A stretch of DNA of 64,000 bases from Leucoraja erinacea (GCF_028641065.1 NC_073390.1:43214001-43278000), one strand, 5' to 3'; positions 49,425 through 62,349 are shown, numbered from the stretch's first letter. The notes: generated from the letters alone by a model not told the origin. Numbers and translations are program-made.

Positions 49425-50058
49425 CACCAGGTGGCGCCTGTAATGGCTGCCTCGCCAGTGGTCTGTCTTGTCCCTTCTCTGTTTTTATTATTTTAAGTAT
49501 ATCTTGAATGTTTGTTTTCATGTTTCTTGGTATGTTTTTTGTGAGGCATGCGGGGGGTGGAAACCTTTTCAGTCACTTACCTCGACGGAGATGCGATTTT
49601 TCTCTGTGTCGCATCTCGGCCCCCCCCCCTTTGCGGCCTACAACGTGGAGTGGTGCGGCCTTTCCTGGAGACTGGCCTGGAGCTTCAGACGTGGGTGCGG
49701 CGCAAACTTACCATCGCGGAGCCTGGGATGTTTTGCCGAGGATCACCAGTGTTCCGATCCGTCACGATGTTGGAGTTTTGATCATCCCGACGAGACGGTT
49801 GAACAGCGGACCGTCGGCAATGGCCCCGGTTCAAAGGCTCCGACCACGGTGAACAAAGGAGGAAGTTGACTGGACTTTATTGCCTTCCATCGCAGTGAGG
49901 AACGTTGATTCCACTGTGATGGACGTTTATGTTAAACTTTATTTTATGTGCTGTGTGCGTTTTTGCTTTTTACTTGGTATGGCTGTATGGTAACTCAAAT
50001 TTCACTGTACCTTAATTGGTACATGTGACAATTAAATTGAATCTTGAATCTTGAATCT
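49425..50058 (+). mobile_element. Non-coding GC-rich retroelement with a Rex/Babar-like 3' end and (TTGAATC)n tail
   Basis: Ends tttcactgtaccttaattggtacatgtgacaattaaa-(ttgaatc)3. The same tail occurs inverted at ~26985-27025. CpGs retained. Confidence 0.6.
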
Positions 50059-50282
50059 TTTTCTGCTTTCTTTGAACATTTGATGTAGAACTTGTTTCAC
50101 AACAAATGCTCTTTGAAAATGACAAATAGAAAAATCAAATTTATATTGTCTTGTTTACCCACTCAAAAATGTGATGATTTGAATATTTAAATCAGGTTCC
50201 TCACATTAGTTTTCCCCCCAAGTTTGAAATTTACCATCCACTCAATACTAGTTTTAATGACACAACTGCCTAACTCATAGTC

Positions 50283-50552
50283 TTTTAGCTTAGAGAAACA
50301 GTGCGGAAACAGGCCCTATGGCCCACTGAGTCCGTGCCGACCAGCGATCCCCGCATATTAGCACTATCCTACACATACTCGGGACAATTTACAATTTTTT
50401 CCGAAGCCAATTAACCTACAAACCTGTACATCTTTGGAGTGTGGGAGGAAACCGGAGATCCCGTAGAAAACCCAAGCAGGTAACGGGGAGAACATACAAA
50501 CTCTGTACAGACAAGCACTGTAGTCTGGATGAAACCCGAGTCTCTGGTGCTG
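50283..50552 (-). mobile_element. HE1-like V-SINE
   Basis: Homologous to 9395-9630 and 14571-14856. Confidence 0.8.
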
Positions 50553-51414
50553 TCGTCTTAAAAGTAATACATTCTTTTATATTTGGTTATAAAATATAAC
50601 AGCCAGGAAAAGCGAGAGTTGGAGCAAACAAATTTCCTGAGGCACAATAGGTGTGTTTAATTGCAAAATGCAACTGGCATCTGTGGCCTGTCGGTTTTCT
50701 ACAGAAATGGCCTGAAGCCCAATTTCCAGTTAGGCTGCAGTTGATGCTGTCAACTGTGCATTTGTGACACATATTTCATGCTAAATTTCTAGCAGAACAC
50801 AAATTTCAATTCTCAAAAATCTCAGGATAAACAACAGGGCCTGAAAACAGTCACTTCTGTCACCAAGGCCCTGGGAAAGTTGATAGTAAATTTCCATTCT
50901 TTTAATTGCACAATCAATAACAAATCATTCCAATGTATATTAACACTCTGATGTTGTATAATTTCCAGCAAAATAGTAATAAAACTAAATGGAAACACAA
51001 TAGTACATTTAATCCTAACTCTTCAAAACAACATACAAAGATTGTTTCGCTGATTCTTGGGACTGGATATAGCTGCCAAGATTGGCATTTATTTCTCATT
51101 CCATTTACTCTCATTGGCTCCTTCTTAAAATGCAGCTGTGAAGGTAGTGATGATCACAATTTTTAGGATTTTAATGACACCAATTAGCAAAGATTAAATT
51201 GTGAAGAAATTTAAGGAAACAAATTACTTCACATTGACATTTGGCATACGATCATGATGGACTTGCTGTATTAATGCTAGATTTCAAGCCGTCTCGTGCA
51301 ATCACATTTGGAACTGCAATCACGTAGCAACAAAACACAGGCTCACTCATCTGACATGTGGGGCCAAACAACAGTTGGAGGGAATATGTCAAGCAAGCTC
51401 CACTCCAGTTAGCA

Positions 51415-52716
51415 TCTATCTATATATAATTAAAATTCTGATCTTGTGCTCTTCCGGTTTTGCATTATTTTCTATTTTCTATTAACAGACCGTGAGTAAG
51501 GTGTTTTTCACCACCTTGTCACCATTCTCCTGTGCTACAAGGGCAACAAGTTTTGTCCTAATCGATGGTATATTTTTAAAGTTATTAAGGTTTAAAAATC
51601 TTTAAAACCACGCATGCGCAGATTGGTCACCTCTCCTGTTAGTCACCACCACCACGCAGATTGGTCTCCTCTCCTGTCATCCGCCGGAACAGCGATGCCC
51701 CTTCTTGCACCATCGCTGCACTGATTGGCCGGGTCCGCTGTCAGTCACAGGCACGCCCGCCTCGCCCAGCAAGGAGACTATAAAGGTGAAGGAGCGGAGT
51801 GAGCATCACTAACTCTCTGCCGGTTGGAGCTGTATCTGCCTCCGTGGTGCCGGGCGGGCGAGTGGCCGAGCCCACTTCACGGCCTCCGTGGTGCCCAGCC
51901 GTGGGCGGCGTCGACCGCTTCGTCCGACCCGGGCTTCTACCCGCGAGGTTCTACGCGGCGATCCAGGAGGCATCGAGACCGCAGCGGCGAGGCCTCGCGA
52001 CGTTGAGACCTCGCAGCGATGGAGTCGAGGCGGCAGTGGGGCTTCGCCGCGGCGGTGAGGCCTCGCGACGATGGGCCATGGCTGCAGTGAGGCCTCGCGG
52101 CCATGGGGCCGTGGCTGCGGTGAGGTCTCGCTGCGGTGGGGTCGAGGCAGCAGTGGGGCCTCGGGGCGGTGGCTGGGCCTTGCCAAATTTCAAAATCCGC
52201 GGAGAAATCTATCTCTTCCTCTTTTTTCATTTTTTTCCTGTGTCATGTCTGGTGGGGGAGGAGGGGGAATAGAGGGAGAGGAGGAGGGAGTGGGGGAGGT
52301 AGGGAATGGGGAATAGACGGAGAGGAGGAGGGAGTGGGGGAGGTGAAGAGGGATGGTAGGGGGGGGTAGGGGAGTGAGGAGTGGGGGAGGTGGGGGATAG
52401 AGGGATAGGAGGGGAGTAGGGAGGGAAGAGGAGTTATGGATGGAGGGAGGGAGTGACTGAGGGTAGAGGAAAGGAGAGGGAGGGAGAGGTGAGGGATGGA
52501 TTGAGGGAGGGTAGGAGGAGTGGGGAAAGAAGAGGGAGAGTGAAGAGGAGGGGGAGGAAGTGCTGGGGATGTGGGGGAATGAGCTGCGCCTACGCAGTTT
52601 GGGCTAAGTGTGAGTAATGGAATATTGCGTTGGGGGAACGGGTTGAGTTGGGGGAACGGGTGAGTGGTGGAATATTGCGTTGGGGGAACCGACCAATGGG
52701 TCTGCACTTAGTCTAG
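51415..52716 (+). mobile_element. Non-autonomous Helitron (~1.3 kb)
   Basis: A|TC start (tctatctatatataat). Subterminal hairpin gaccaa...ttagtc, then CTAG|T. No TSD. Internal GC-rich minisatellite, polypurine tract and a duplicated ggaatattgcgttgggggaac. Confidence 0.8.
51960..52175. repeat. GC-rich minisatellite with palindromic units (gaggcctcgcg)
   Basis: Repeated gcggtgaggcctcgcg / gtcgaggcggcagtggggc units. Confidence 0.75.
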
Positions 52717-52777
52717 TTCCCACTGAAATTAGCTGTGCTTCCACTTCAATGGGTGGTCCTAGTTCCACTACAAGTGG

Positions 52778-53090
52778 TTTTAGTTTTAGAGATACAACAA
52801 GGAAATAGTCCCTATGGCCTACCGATTCCACACTGACCATAGATCACCTGTTCACACTAGTTCTATGTTATCCTACTTTCTCATCCACTCGCCACACACT
52901 AGGGGCAATTTACAAAGACCAGTCAACCTACAAACCTCACTTCTTTGGGATGTGGGAGGAAACCGAAGCACCCGGTGGAAACCCATGTGGTCACAGGGAG
53001 AACAACTCCATACGGGCAGCACCGAGATCAGAGTTGAACCTGGATCTCTGGTGCTGTGAGACAGTAGTTCTCCCAGCTGCACCACTGTGC
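52778..53090 (-). mobile_element. HE1-like V-SINE
   Basis: Full head-core-tail arrangement on the minus strand. Confidence 0.8.
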
Positions 53091-53256
53091 TACGCTAAGC
53101 TTGCATCATCCTAATATTCAAGCCGTAGACAACACAAAGCATGGACATTTCTGATTACTCTTTCTGACCTCCTGTTATTGGAATAATTCATATCTGGCCT
53201 CTGGTGATATTTTCACTCCTAGTGGGACGGCGAAAATATGCAATGGAGTGTGTGAC

Positions 53257-53802
53257 ATAGAAACATACATAGAAACATAGAAATTAGGTGCAGGAGTAGG
53301 CCATTCGGCCCTTCGAGCCTGCACCGCCATTCAATATGATCATGGCTGATCATCCAACTCAGTATCCCGTACCTGCCTTCTCTCCATACCCCCTGATCCC
53401 CTTAGCCACAAGGGCCACATCTAACTCCCTCTTAAATATAGCCAATGAACTGGCCTCAACTACCCTCTGTGGCAGAGAGTTCCAGAGATTCACCACTCTC
53501 TGTGTGAAAAAAGTTCTTCTCATCTCGGTTTTAAAGGATTTCCCCCTTATCCTTAAGCTGTGACCCCTTGTCCTGGACTTCCCCAACATCGGGAACAATC
53601 TTCCTGCATCTAGCCTGTCCAACCCCTTAAGAATTTTGTAAGTTTCTATAAGATCCCCTCTCAATCTTCTAAATTCTAGAGAGTATAAACCAAGTCTATC
53701 CAGTCTTTCTTCATAAGACAGTCCTGACATCCCAGGAATCAGTCTGGTGAACCGTCTCTGCACTCCCTCTATGGCAATAATGTCCTTCCTCAGATTTGGA
53801 GA

Positions 53803-53861
<59 letters not shown>

Positions 53862-56195
53862 AGAACTGTACGCAATACTCCAGGTGTGGTTTCACCAAGA
53901 CCCTGTACAACTGCAGTAGAACCTCACTGCTCCTATACTCAAATCCTTTTGCAATGAAAGCTAACATACCATTCGCTTTCTTTACTGCCTGCTGCACCTG
54001 CATGCCTACCTTCAATGACTGGTGTACCATGACACCCAGGTCTCGCTGCATCTTCCCCTTTCCCAATCGGCCACCATTTAGATAATAGTCTGCTTTCCCG
54101 TTTTTGCCACCAAAATGGATAACCTCACATTTATCCACATTATAGTCCATCTGCCAAACATTTGCCCACTCACCCAGCCTATCCAAGTCACCTTGCAGTC
54201 TCCTAGCATCCTCCTCACAGCTAACACTGCCCCCCAGCTTAGTGTCATCCGCAAACTTGGAGATATTGCCTTCAATTCCCTCATCCAGATCATTAATATA
54301 TATTGTAAATAGCTGGGGTCCCAGTACTGAGCCTTGGGGTACCCCACTAGTCACTGCCTGCCATTGTCAAAAGGACCCGTTTACTCCTACTCTTTGCTTC
54401 CTGTTTGCCAGCCAGTTCTCTATCCACATCAATACTGAACCCCCAATGCCTTGTGCTTTAAGTTTGTATACTAATCTCTTATGTGGGACCTTGTCGAAAG
54501 CCTTCTGGAAGTCCAGATACACCACATCCACTGGTTCTCCTCTATCCACGCTACCCGTTACATCCTCGAAAAATTCTATAAGATTCGTCAGACATGATTT
54601 ACCTTTCGTAAATCCATGCTGACTTTGTCCAATGATTTCACCACTTTCCAAATGTGCTGCTATCCCATCTTTAATAACTGACTCTAGCAGTTTCCCCACT
54701 ACCGATGTTAGACTAACTGGTCTGTAATTCCCCATTTTCTCTCTCCCTCCCTTCTTAAAAAGTGGGGTTACGTTTGCTACCCGCCAATCTTCAGGAACTA
54801 CTCCAGAATCTAAAGAGTTTTGAAAGATTATTACTAATGCATCCACTATTTCTGGAGCTACTTCCTTAAGTACTCTGGGATGCAGCCTATCTGGCCCTGG
54901 GGATTTATCGGCCTTTAATGCATTCAATTTACCCAACACCACTTCCCGGCTAACCTGGATTTCACTCAATTCCTCCAACTCCTTTGACCCGCGGTCCCCT
55001 GCTATTTCCGGCAAATTATTTATGTCTTCCTTAGTGCAGACGGAACCAAAGTAGTTATTCAATTGGTCCGCCATATCCTTGTTCCCCATGATCAACTCAC
55101 CTGTTTCTGACTGCAAGGGACCTACATTTGTTTTAACTAATCTCTTTCTTTTCACATATCTATAAAACATTTTGCAGTCAGTTTTTATGTTCCCTGCCAG
55201 TTTTCTTTCATAATCTATTTTTCCTTTCCTAATTAAGCCCTTTGTCCTCCTCTGCTGGTCTTTGAATTTCTCCCAGTCCTCCGGTATGCTGCTTTTTCTG
55301 GCTAATTTGTACGCATCATCCTTCGCTTTGATACTATCCCTGATTTCCCTTGTTATCCATGGATGTACTAACTTCCCTGATTTATTCTTTTGCCAAACTG
55401 GGATGAACAATTTTTGTAGTTTACCCATGCAGTCTTTAAATGTCTTCCATTGCATATCCACCGTCAACCCTTTTAGAATTAATTGCCAGTCAATCTTGGC
55501 CAATTCACGTCTCATACTCTCAAAGTTATCTTTCTTTAAGTTCAGAACCATTGTTTCTGAATTAACAATGTCACTCTCCATCCTAATGAAGAACTCAACC
55601 ATATTATGGTCACTCTTGCCCAAGGGGGCACGTACAACAAGATTGCTAACTAACCCTTCCTCATTACTCAATACCCAGTCTAAAATAGCCTGCTCTCTCG
55701 TTGGTTCCTCTACATGTTGATTTAGATAACTATCCCGCATACATTCCAAGAAATCCTCTTCCTCAGCACCCCTGCCAATTTGATTCACCCAATCTATATG
55801 TAGATTGAAGTCACCCATTATAACTGTTTTGCCTTTGTCGCATGCATTTCTAATTTCCTGTTTGATACCATCTCCAACTTCACTACTACTGTTAGGTGGC
55901 CTGTACACAACACCCACCAGCGTTTTCTGCCCCTTAATGTTTTGCAGCTCTACCCATACCGATTCCACATCCTCCAAACTAATGTCCTTCCTTTCCATTG
56001 CATTAATCCCCTCTCTAATCAGTAACGCTACCCCACCTCTGTTTCCTTTCTGTCTATCCCTCCTGAATATTGAATATCCCTGGATGTTCAGCTCCCAGCC
56101 TTGGTCACCCTGGAGCCATGTCTCCGTGATCCCAACTATATCATAGTCATTAATAGCTATCTGCACATTCAACTCATCCACATTATTACGAATGC
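53257..56195 (-). mobile_element. Nearly complete ORF2 of a CR1-clade LINE (APE endonuclease plus reverse transcriptase), young copy
   Basis: ORFs 56217-54367 (GITETW, MGDFN, SDH, YRPVSLTS, LDFQKAFDKV) and 54354-53359 (GVPQGSVLGP, FADD) are in the same frame, separated by one TGA. (TATGTTTC)n-like 3' tail at ~53257-53285. Confidence 0.95.
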
Positions 56196-58478
56196 TGCTA
56201 ACCAAACATATAACCATTTTATAAATTATGGAATTGAAAATTAAAATAAACCATAAAGGAAAACTTTATTGGATGTGTTAAGAATTTCTTTTGAAAGGAA
56301 ACATATATTGAAGTTGATTGTTTTAACACAGGTTTTATAAATAACAAGTGATGATGTAATTTTAGCCGATTTACATATTTCTTACATTTGTTGGCAAGCA
56401 TGGTCCTTTCATGATTGACATGGAGTATTTTGAGAATGTTGATAAAACTTTCCAATCTTTAAAATCTCCAAGTCATATCTGCTTAACTGAGTCAAAATGT
56501 TGGGTTATATGAACTTGCGAAGAAGTGTTAATAATGTCAGATTCATTTGTGCGATACCTCGGTCAGCCGAAACATGATCCTAGTTTCCCGGAAAGAATTC
56601 CCAATATTAGACAATACGTATCGGCTTGGTTGATTAAAGCTGTCATTTTTTTTTCTCCTGGTTCGGTCAATATCTATCTACTCCCATGGCTCCTGTTTTA
56701 GTTTGAACCAGACTCAAGCCATAAACAATGCTTGCATTTCAATATTCAGTTTATCACTGAGCTCAGTCTTTTAAACACCTCTTCTCAGGCACAAGAAAAT
56801 GTTATTTCTAGTTTTTCAGGTGCTTGGGCAGGGTGAGGGCACTTGGTCCAATGCTTTATTTTCTGATCACCACTTTGAAACATTGTCTTTTTCCCCACAG
56901 ATGTAGCTTAGTCAGGTCTTTCCAGGGATTGTTTGCATTTTTCTCATATCTACAGTATTTTGCATTCAGATATCTAAGCTGGCCCAGCATCTTTCTTTTC
57001 TTCAAGTATTTGTCTAGTTTTTCCATAAAACCTGTAAGGGTCTCTGCCTTAACTATTACTTGTAATAAATCATACTGTGCTTCAAAAACTCAATGTGGAA
57101 CAAAAGCTCTCCGAATCTTTGCGCTGCAGAATTAGTTTTTAGATTTAATGACATTGTGGCACAGGAAAGATGATGTTCCAATTCAGTGATTTATAATTTT
57201 AGTAATTAAATATTATAGTTTAATTAAATATATTAAATGTTTTAGTTCTTCCTTCTACAGTCAAAAAACACTCACGAATTTCCTAAGATCCATAATTTTC
57301 CAGAAGAAAATGTATGCCCTGATCTTTTTAAAACCTTTTAGAAACAGTATAATGGATAATCTAAAAAATGCACACAACATAATTTAATACCAAACAAGTG
57401 TTTTGTATCAACTGACCATCGTTTAATTCTCTAGAAATTTGTGCTTCTGTTTCGAAGAGCACAAAAAAAAGTGACCTTGTCATGGATCTAAGGTCACACT
57501 CTCCTGCTCTTGCAGTCCATATGCAATGAATGCTCCTCATCCAAATATCATGCTGTATTTCATTTCCATATTTTGGCTGACTTGTCACTGGGGATCAACA
57601 AGAATCACTGCCAATCTGATGGACAGGTGCTGCAAACCAGCTGCAGGTGACTGCCTCCAGGGGTGATCGAGAAGACCTTGTCAGTTCATGACTCTTCCAC
57701 TGGAATCACATTAGCTTGGTCTGAATCCTATAATCCCATTCTAAGGGCCCGGATCATCAATTTATTTTTATTTGAAGCGTATTATATGTCATGCACCTGA
57801 ATTTAGAATAAGATCACTTGGTCTTCTAAAATGTATCCATAAATGTTTGCTCGATGTAGAAATAGCTGTGTGATTTGCTGCCAATTTAGTTTGTTTCTGA
57901 ATATCCAATGCACATTTAGATCATTGACAAAGACATGTAAAACATCTTCTCTTCAGTGAGGTAAAAAATGAGTGCAAGAAAGTTATATTTGTATTGAGTT
58001 TAAGGGATAAGAATAATTAACAAGTAACCTAATGAAATAATTCTGTACAGCTTTTGTTTCAAGAGACAAAGAATATTATTTGAATAACAAACAGTCCATA
58101 TGATGGTTCCCAATGCACTGCTCAACAATGCAATTTTATGTCGTTAGTTAATGAAGCACATTGTGGAATATGTGCAAATGTAATTCCTTCAGTTGTCACG
58201 TACTGTTTGCTAATTACATCAGGGCCGCTCAAGAGGAAGAAATAAACTGTATATCTCAAATACATTTGTAGGATGGGTGGTTGAGGAAAATGCAGGATAT
58301 AAAATGAAAAGCAAGCAAACAGTTCCAAAATAAATAAAATGAAAGGTGATCTCTGAGTCAAAATTGCTCAGTATTCATTCTCCATGGTAACTGTCGCGAC
58401 AGTTGAAGCTTCCGGCATGAGGTGGTCAAACTCAGATAACCAATTACCAAAGTTTCTACTAAAAGATGCATTCAAGTA

Positions 58479-58638
58479 TAAATGTTTAAGAACGAACTGC
58501 AGATGCTGGAAAAATTGAGGGTAGACAAAATTGCTGGAGAAACTCAGACTGAAGAAGGGTCTCGACTCGAAACGTCACCTATTCCTTCGCTCCATATATG
58601 CTGCCTCACCTGCTGAGTTTCTCCAGCATTTTTGTCTA
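58479..58638. mobile_element. Inverted pair of Penelope-derived repeats with an intact plus-strand hammerhead core (58549-58576)
   Basis: ctgaagaagggtctcgactcgaaacgtc. TSD cattcaagta at 58469-58478 and 58639-58648. Confidence 0.85.
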
Positions 58639-61272
58639 CATTCAAGTAGGAAGTAGGCATTAAAAAAAAACAATTGGATCAGTCCTGACAGTGAAGATGA
58701 TGCCCATCATGGTATTTACAAGATAATGGATATAGCTTGCATTTTAATTTATTTCCTTCTCATTGGGTAAAATGTTTACCAAAATTCATAATTCCCATCC
58801 TAACCAAGAAATTGAATACATTTGTGAGACCCCCCCCCTCAAATTGCCACTAATAACTTTAAAACTCACAGGACTTTAAAATAATAAATAGCATGAAGCA
58901 TTTTTTTCTTTTATCTGAATATTCTTCACAGTAAATCTGCTCATGAAAAGTTTGTATTAAACTTAAATCAGCGAATCACTATAAAAATACCTTTAATAAT
59001 GACAAAAATCGTCAAAACTTGATTAATCCACTTGGTTAAGGCTTGGAAAGTCAAAGACTAAAATGCAAATCTAACATTGTTACTTTATTTCTGATGGTGA
59101 CTTTTGAAATCTGCAGTTAATTAGCAAGAAAATGTAGTCTGCATGATTTTTATATTGAGGTGAATGTATACCAAACAGATGTGGGTGGAATACGTAGCTT
59201 ATTTAATAATATTAATTGCAGCAAACTGAAACTAGATTGGTTTCCATGCCAAACTGAATCCCACACAGAATGCTTACTCTTTTCAAAGAGTATTTTGACA
59301 AATAGTCTACAAGAACAACTAGATGCATAATACTGTGGTCAGCATGGTGTTAAATTAATTGAAGTGAATCAAATCAACTAAATTGTAAGGGATGTTTTAA
59401 CTGCATTCACCAGAATCTTCTCATTTCTCAAAGCACTCCAATGTTGTTCCTGTGAAGCAGGAAGCAAACTTGCCTCAAATTTGTGGCATGCTTCCTTGAA
59501 AATATTAGGTCCTAAAGGCAACTGCTGGCACCATCTTCAAAGAACTAAGGAGAATGAGAGTTCAACTCTGACCATTACAAAGAGATTATGGGCCCCTTTA
59601 CTCGGTTCTCTCGCCCCTTTTCCTGATTACAATGCATTGCTGAATCCTCTCCTGGCAACCATCTTGATATCAAAGACCATTACTTTCATCCTTGGCATAG
59701 GGAAGTTCTTCAGAAACTATTTTTTTCTACAATAATATTGTTTAATCTAAATAAATTAAAAATTAATAATAAGTGTTAGCTGGTGCCAAAAGATGCAAAT
59801 TTTTTTTTTTTTAAATGCAGTTTTTTACTAAATTTGCAGATGATTTCAAGGTAATTTCAAGGATCCTTAACATTTTGCTTTAGCCCACTTGCTCACTTGT
59901 TGCTTGTTGTCAGTTTTACATGTGCAACGGACTGAGAAGGAAGGGAGGACGTGCAGAAGGGAGACAAAACTGCCAGCATCATGCAGACAATTTAAATTGA
60001 TAGTGATAATGAAAATCCACCGTTCTATCTTCTGGGAATTTTTTTTAACTTATCTCACTTTTTGCTGTGCGGAATATGTTACAATTGCTAGAAACAACGC
60101 TGACACTTCAAGATATTTTACATCCGGTTCTACTTAACAATTCTTTATATGCAGAAATACCAGTAATAATAGAGTGTTATGACAGGAATTTTCTAATGGT
60201 TTATTTTTTGGCAATGAAACTTAAAAAAAAATTGTCTATGGAGCTGCAAAGTCAATTAAATAATTAAACAATCATCCTTCTGATTTAATTGGATTTTCTG
60301 GGGTTGCGTTTGCCTCAGAGGACTCATGACTGATTATTCTCCTCATCTGTATACATTTATTTCACATGGACAACTTTAAATAATGTAATCATCCATAAAG
60401 ATTCCAAAGCTTAACTATTGTAGTGCTTCAGGATCAAGATCGTCCAACATACTTGGGACGAGAGTTCTTTAAAACAAAAGAGCTAGTAATTAATACAGCA
60501 GAACTTATTTATTGCCTCTGGCTAAAGGAATTATTCAGTTCCTGCAACAAGGATGAAAAAGATACTTAATAGAAACCATTAGGCGTTTCTGTATAACAAG
60601 TACAGTATATTCTTCCCTTGGCTTCCCATTCTAATACTAATCTGGATCTATTTCTGATTCCCTGGTGCTGGTTGTTGCTTTTAGTTTCTACATAATGCAT
60701 GGTCTTTTGAGATGAGTCTTTCTAATCTTCCTGCATAATAGGATGTAGTGTACATTAATTTTATGAATGGACATTTGTTCCTTTTCAGGATATAGAATCT
60801 CATCCAAATACCTGTCTTATTCTGTAGGATTTTACAAGGAACTGCATTGGACTGAATGTATATCCTGCAGTGTTTTTCCTGCCTGAGTGACCCTGTTTGA
60901 TTAGTCTCATTTCCAACTCTCCCTTCAGCTATTTACCAATGTACTGCAATCATAGTTAAATCAAGCGACTGGACCATATTTAATATTCTTTCACATCTCC
61001 TAGTTTGTATTTCACAATAGTTAAAATAAAGTCACTGCAACTCATATATGAAATAGATCTGACAGCTATTTCGCAATAGTGCATTGATCATAAATTTAAA
61101 TAAAATCATTTTATTTTAATCATCGCCCCTCCAACAATCATACTTATGGAACAATTTTCAGATCAACCTCAATTATTTTATATTTGTTCCACAATAATGG
61201 TCCATCCATAAGCTAGGGCACAATTCACCTCTATTCGATTGCAGACATTCAACGTATTCTATTGTACTGTGC

Positions 61273-61537
61273 AGAAAAAAACTGCAGATGCTGTTTTAAA
61301 TCGTAGGTAGACACAAAATGCTGGAGTAACTCAGCAGGGCAGGCAGCATCTCTGGAGAGAAGGAATGGGTCAAGACCCTTCTTCAGACTGACTGACTTCA
61401 GACTAGTAAATAGCTAAAGGGAGAGTTGGAAATTAGACTAATCAAACAGGATCACTCAGGCGGGAAAAACACTGCAGGATATACATTCAGTCCCGTGCAG
61501 TCTGAAGAAGGGTCTTACCCGAAATGTCACCCATTCC
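61273..61537. mobile_element. Inverted pair of Penelope-derived repeats enclosing a 96-bp inverted copy of local DNA
   Basis: TSD-like ttctattgtactgtgc (61257-61272) and ttctatggaactgtgc (61538-61553). Insert 61406-61501 is the reverse complement of 60841-60936. Confidence 0.85.
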
Positions 61538-61577
61538 TTCTATGGAACTGTGCTCTATAATGTTTGGGAATGGGGTT

Positions 61578-62177
61578 GATAGTTGGGATGTAATGTTAAA
61601 ATTGTACAAGGCATTGGTGAGGCCAATTCTGGACTATGCCATACAATTTTGGTCGCCAAATTATAGGAAAGATGTCAACAAAATAGAGAGAGTACAGAGG
61701 AGATTTACTACAATGTTGCCTGGGTTTCAGCAACTAAGTTACAGAGAAAGGTTGAATAAGTTAGGTCTTTTTTCTTTGGAGCGCAGAAGGTTTTGGGGGG
61801 ACTTGATAGAGGTCTTTAAAATGATAGACAGAGTTGACGTGGATAAGCTTTTTCCATTGAGAGTAGGGAAGATTCAAACCAGAGGACATGATTTGAGAAT
61901 TAAGGGACAGAAGTTTAGGGGTAACATGAGGGGGAACTTCTTTACTCAGAGAGTGGTAGCTGTGTGGAATGAGCTGCCAGTGGAAGTGGTGGAGGCAGGT
62001 TCGATTTTATCATTTAAAAATAAATTGGATAGGTACATGGATGGGAAAGAAATGGAGGGTTATGGTCTGAGTGCAGGTAGATGGGATTAGGGGAGAATAA
62101 GTGTTCGGCATGGACTGGAAGGGCCGAGATGGCCTGTTTCCGTGCTGTAATTGTTATATGGTTATATATGGTTATAT
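61578..62177 (+). mobile_element. CR1 3' fragment with ggttatat tail
   Basis: LKLYKALVRPILDYAIQFWSP...FFTQRVVAVWNELP peptide. Confidence 0.9.
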
Positions 62178-62349
62178 GATCGGGAAAGAGTGTTCAGCCA
62201 TGATTGAATGGAGGAGTAGATTTGGTGGTCCGAATTGTCTAAATCTGTTCCTAGAACCCATGAATGCTGTTAACTATATTCTGCATTCTGTATCTTCACC
62301 TTTGCTCTGTCTATGGTACTTGAGTTTAACTTGATCGTATTTATGTATA

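Noticed and set aside
51799-52707. GC-rich overlapping ORFs as a host gene
   Set aside because: Low-complexity translations of a minisatellite and polypurine tract inside a Helitron.
3040-61537. CRISPR-like array from the recurring palindromic ...GAAAC repeat
   Set aside because: Eukaryotic DNA; copies are dispersed with TSDs and have no regular spacers or cas genes.
61524-62090. 188-aa ORF as a separate gene
   Set aside because: Chance read-through from a Penelope repeat into a CR1 RT C-terminal fragment.
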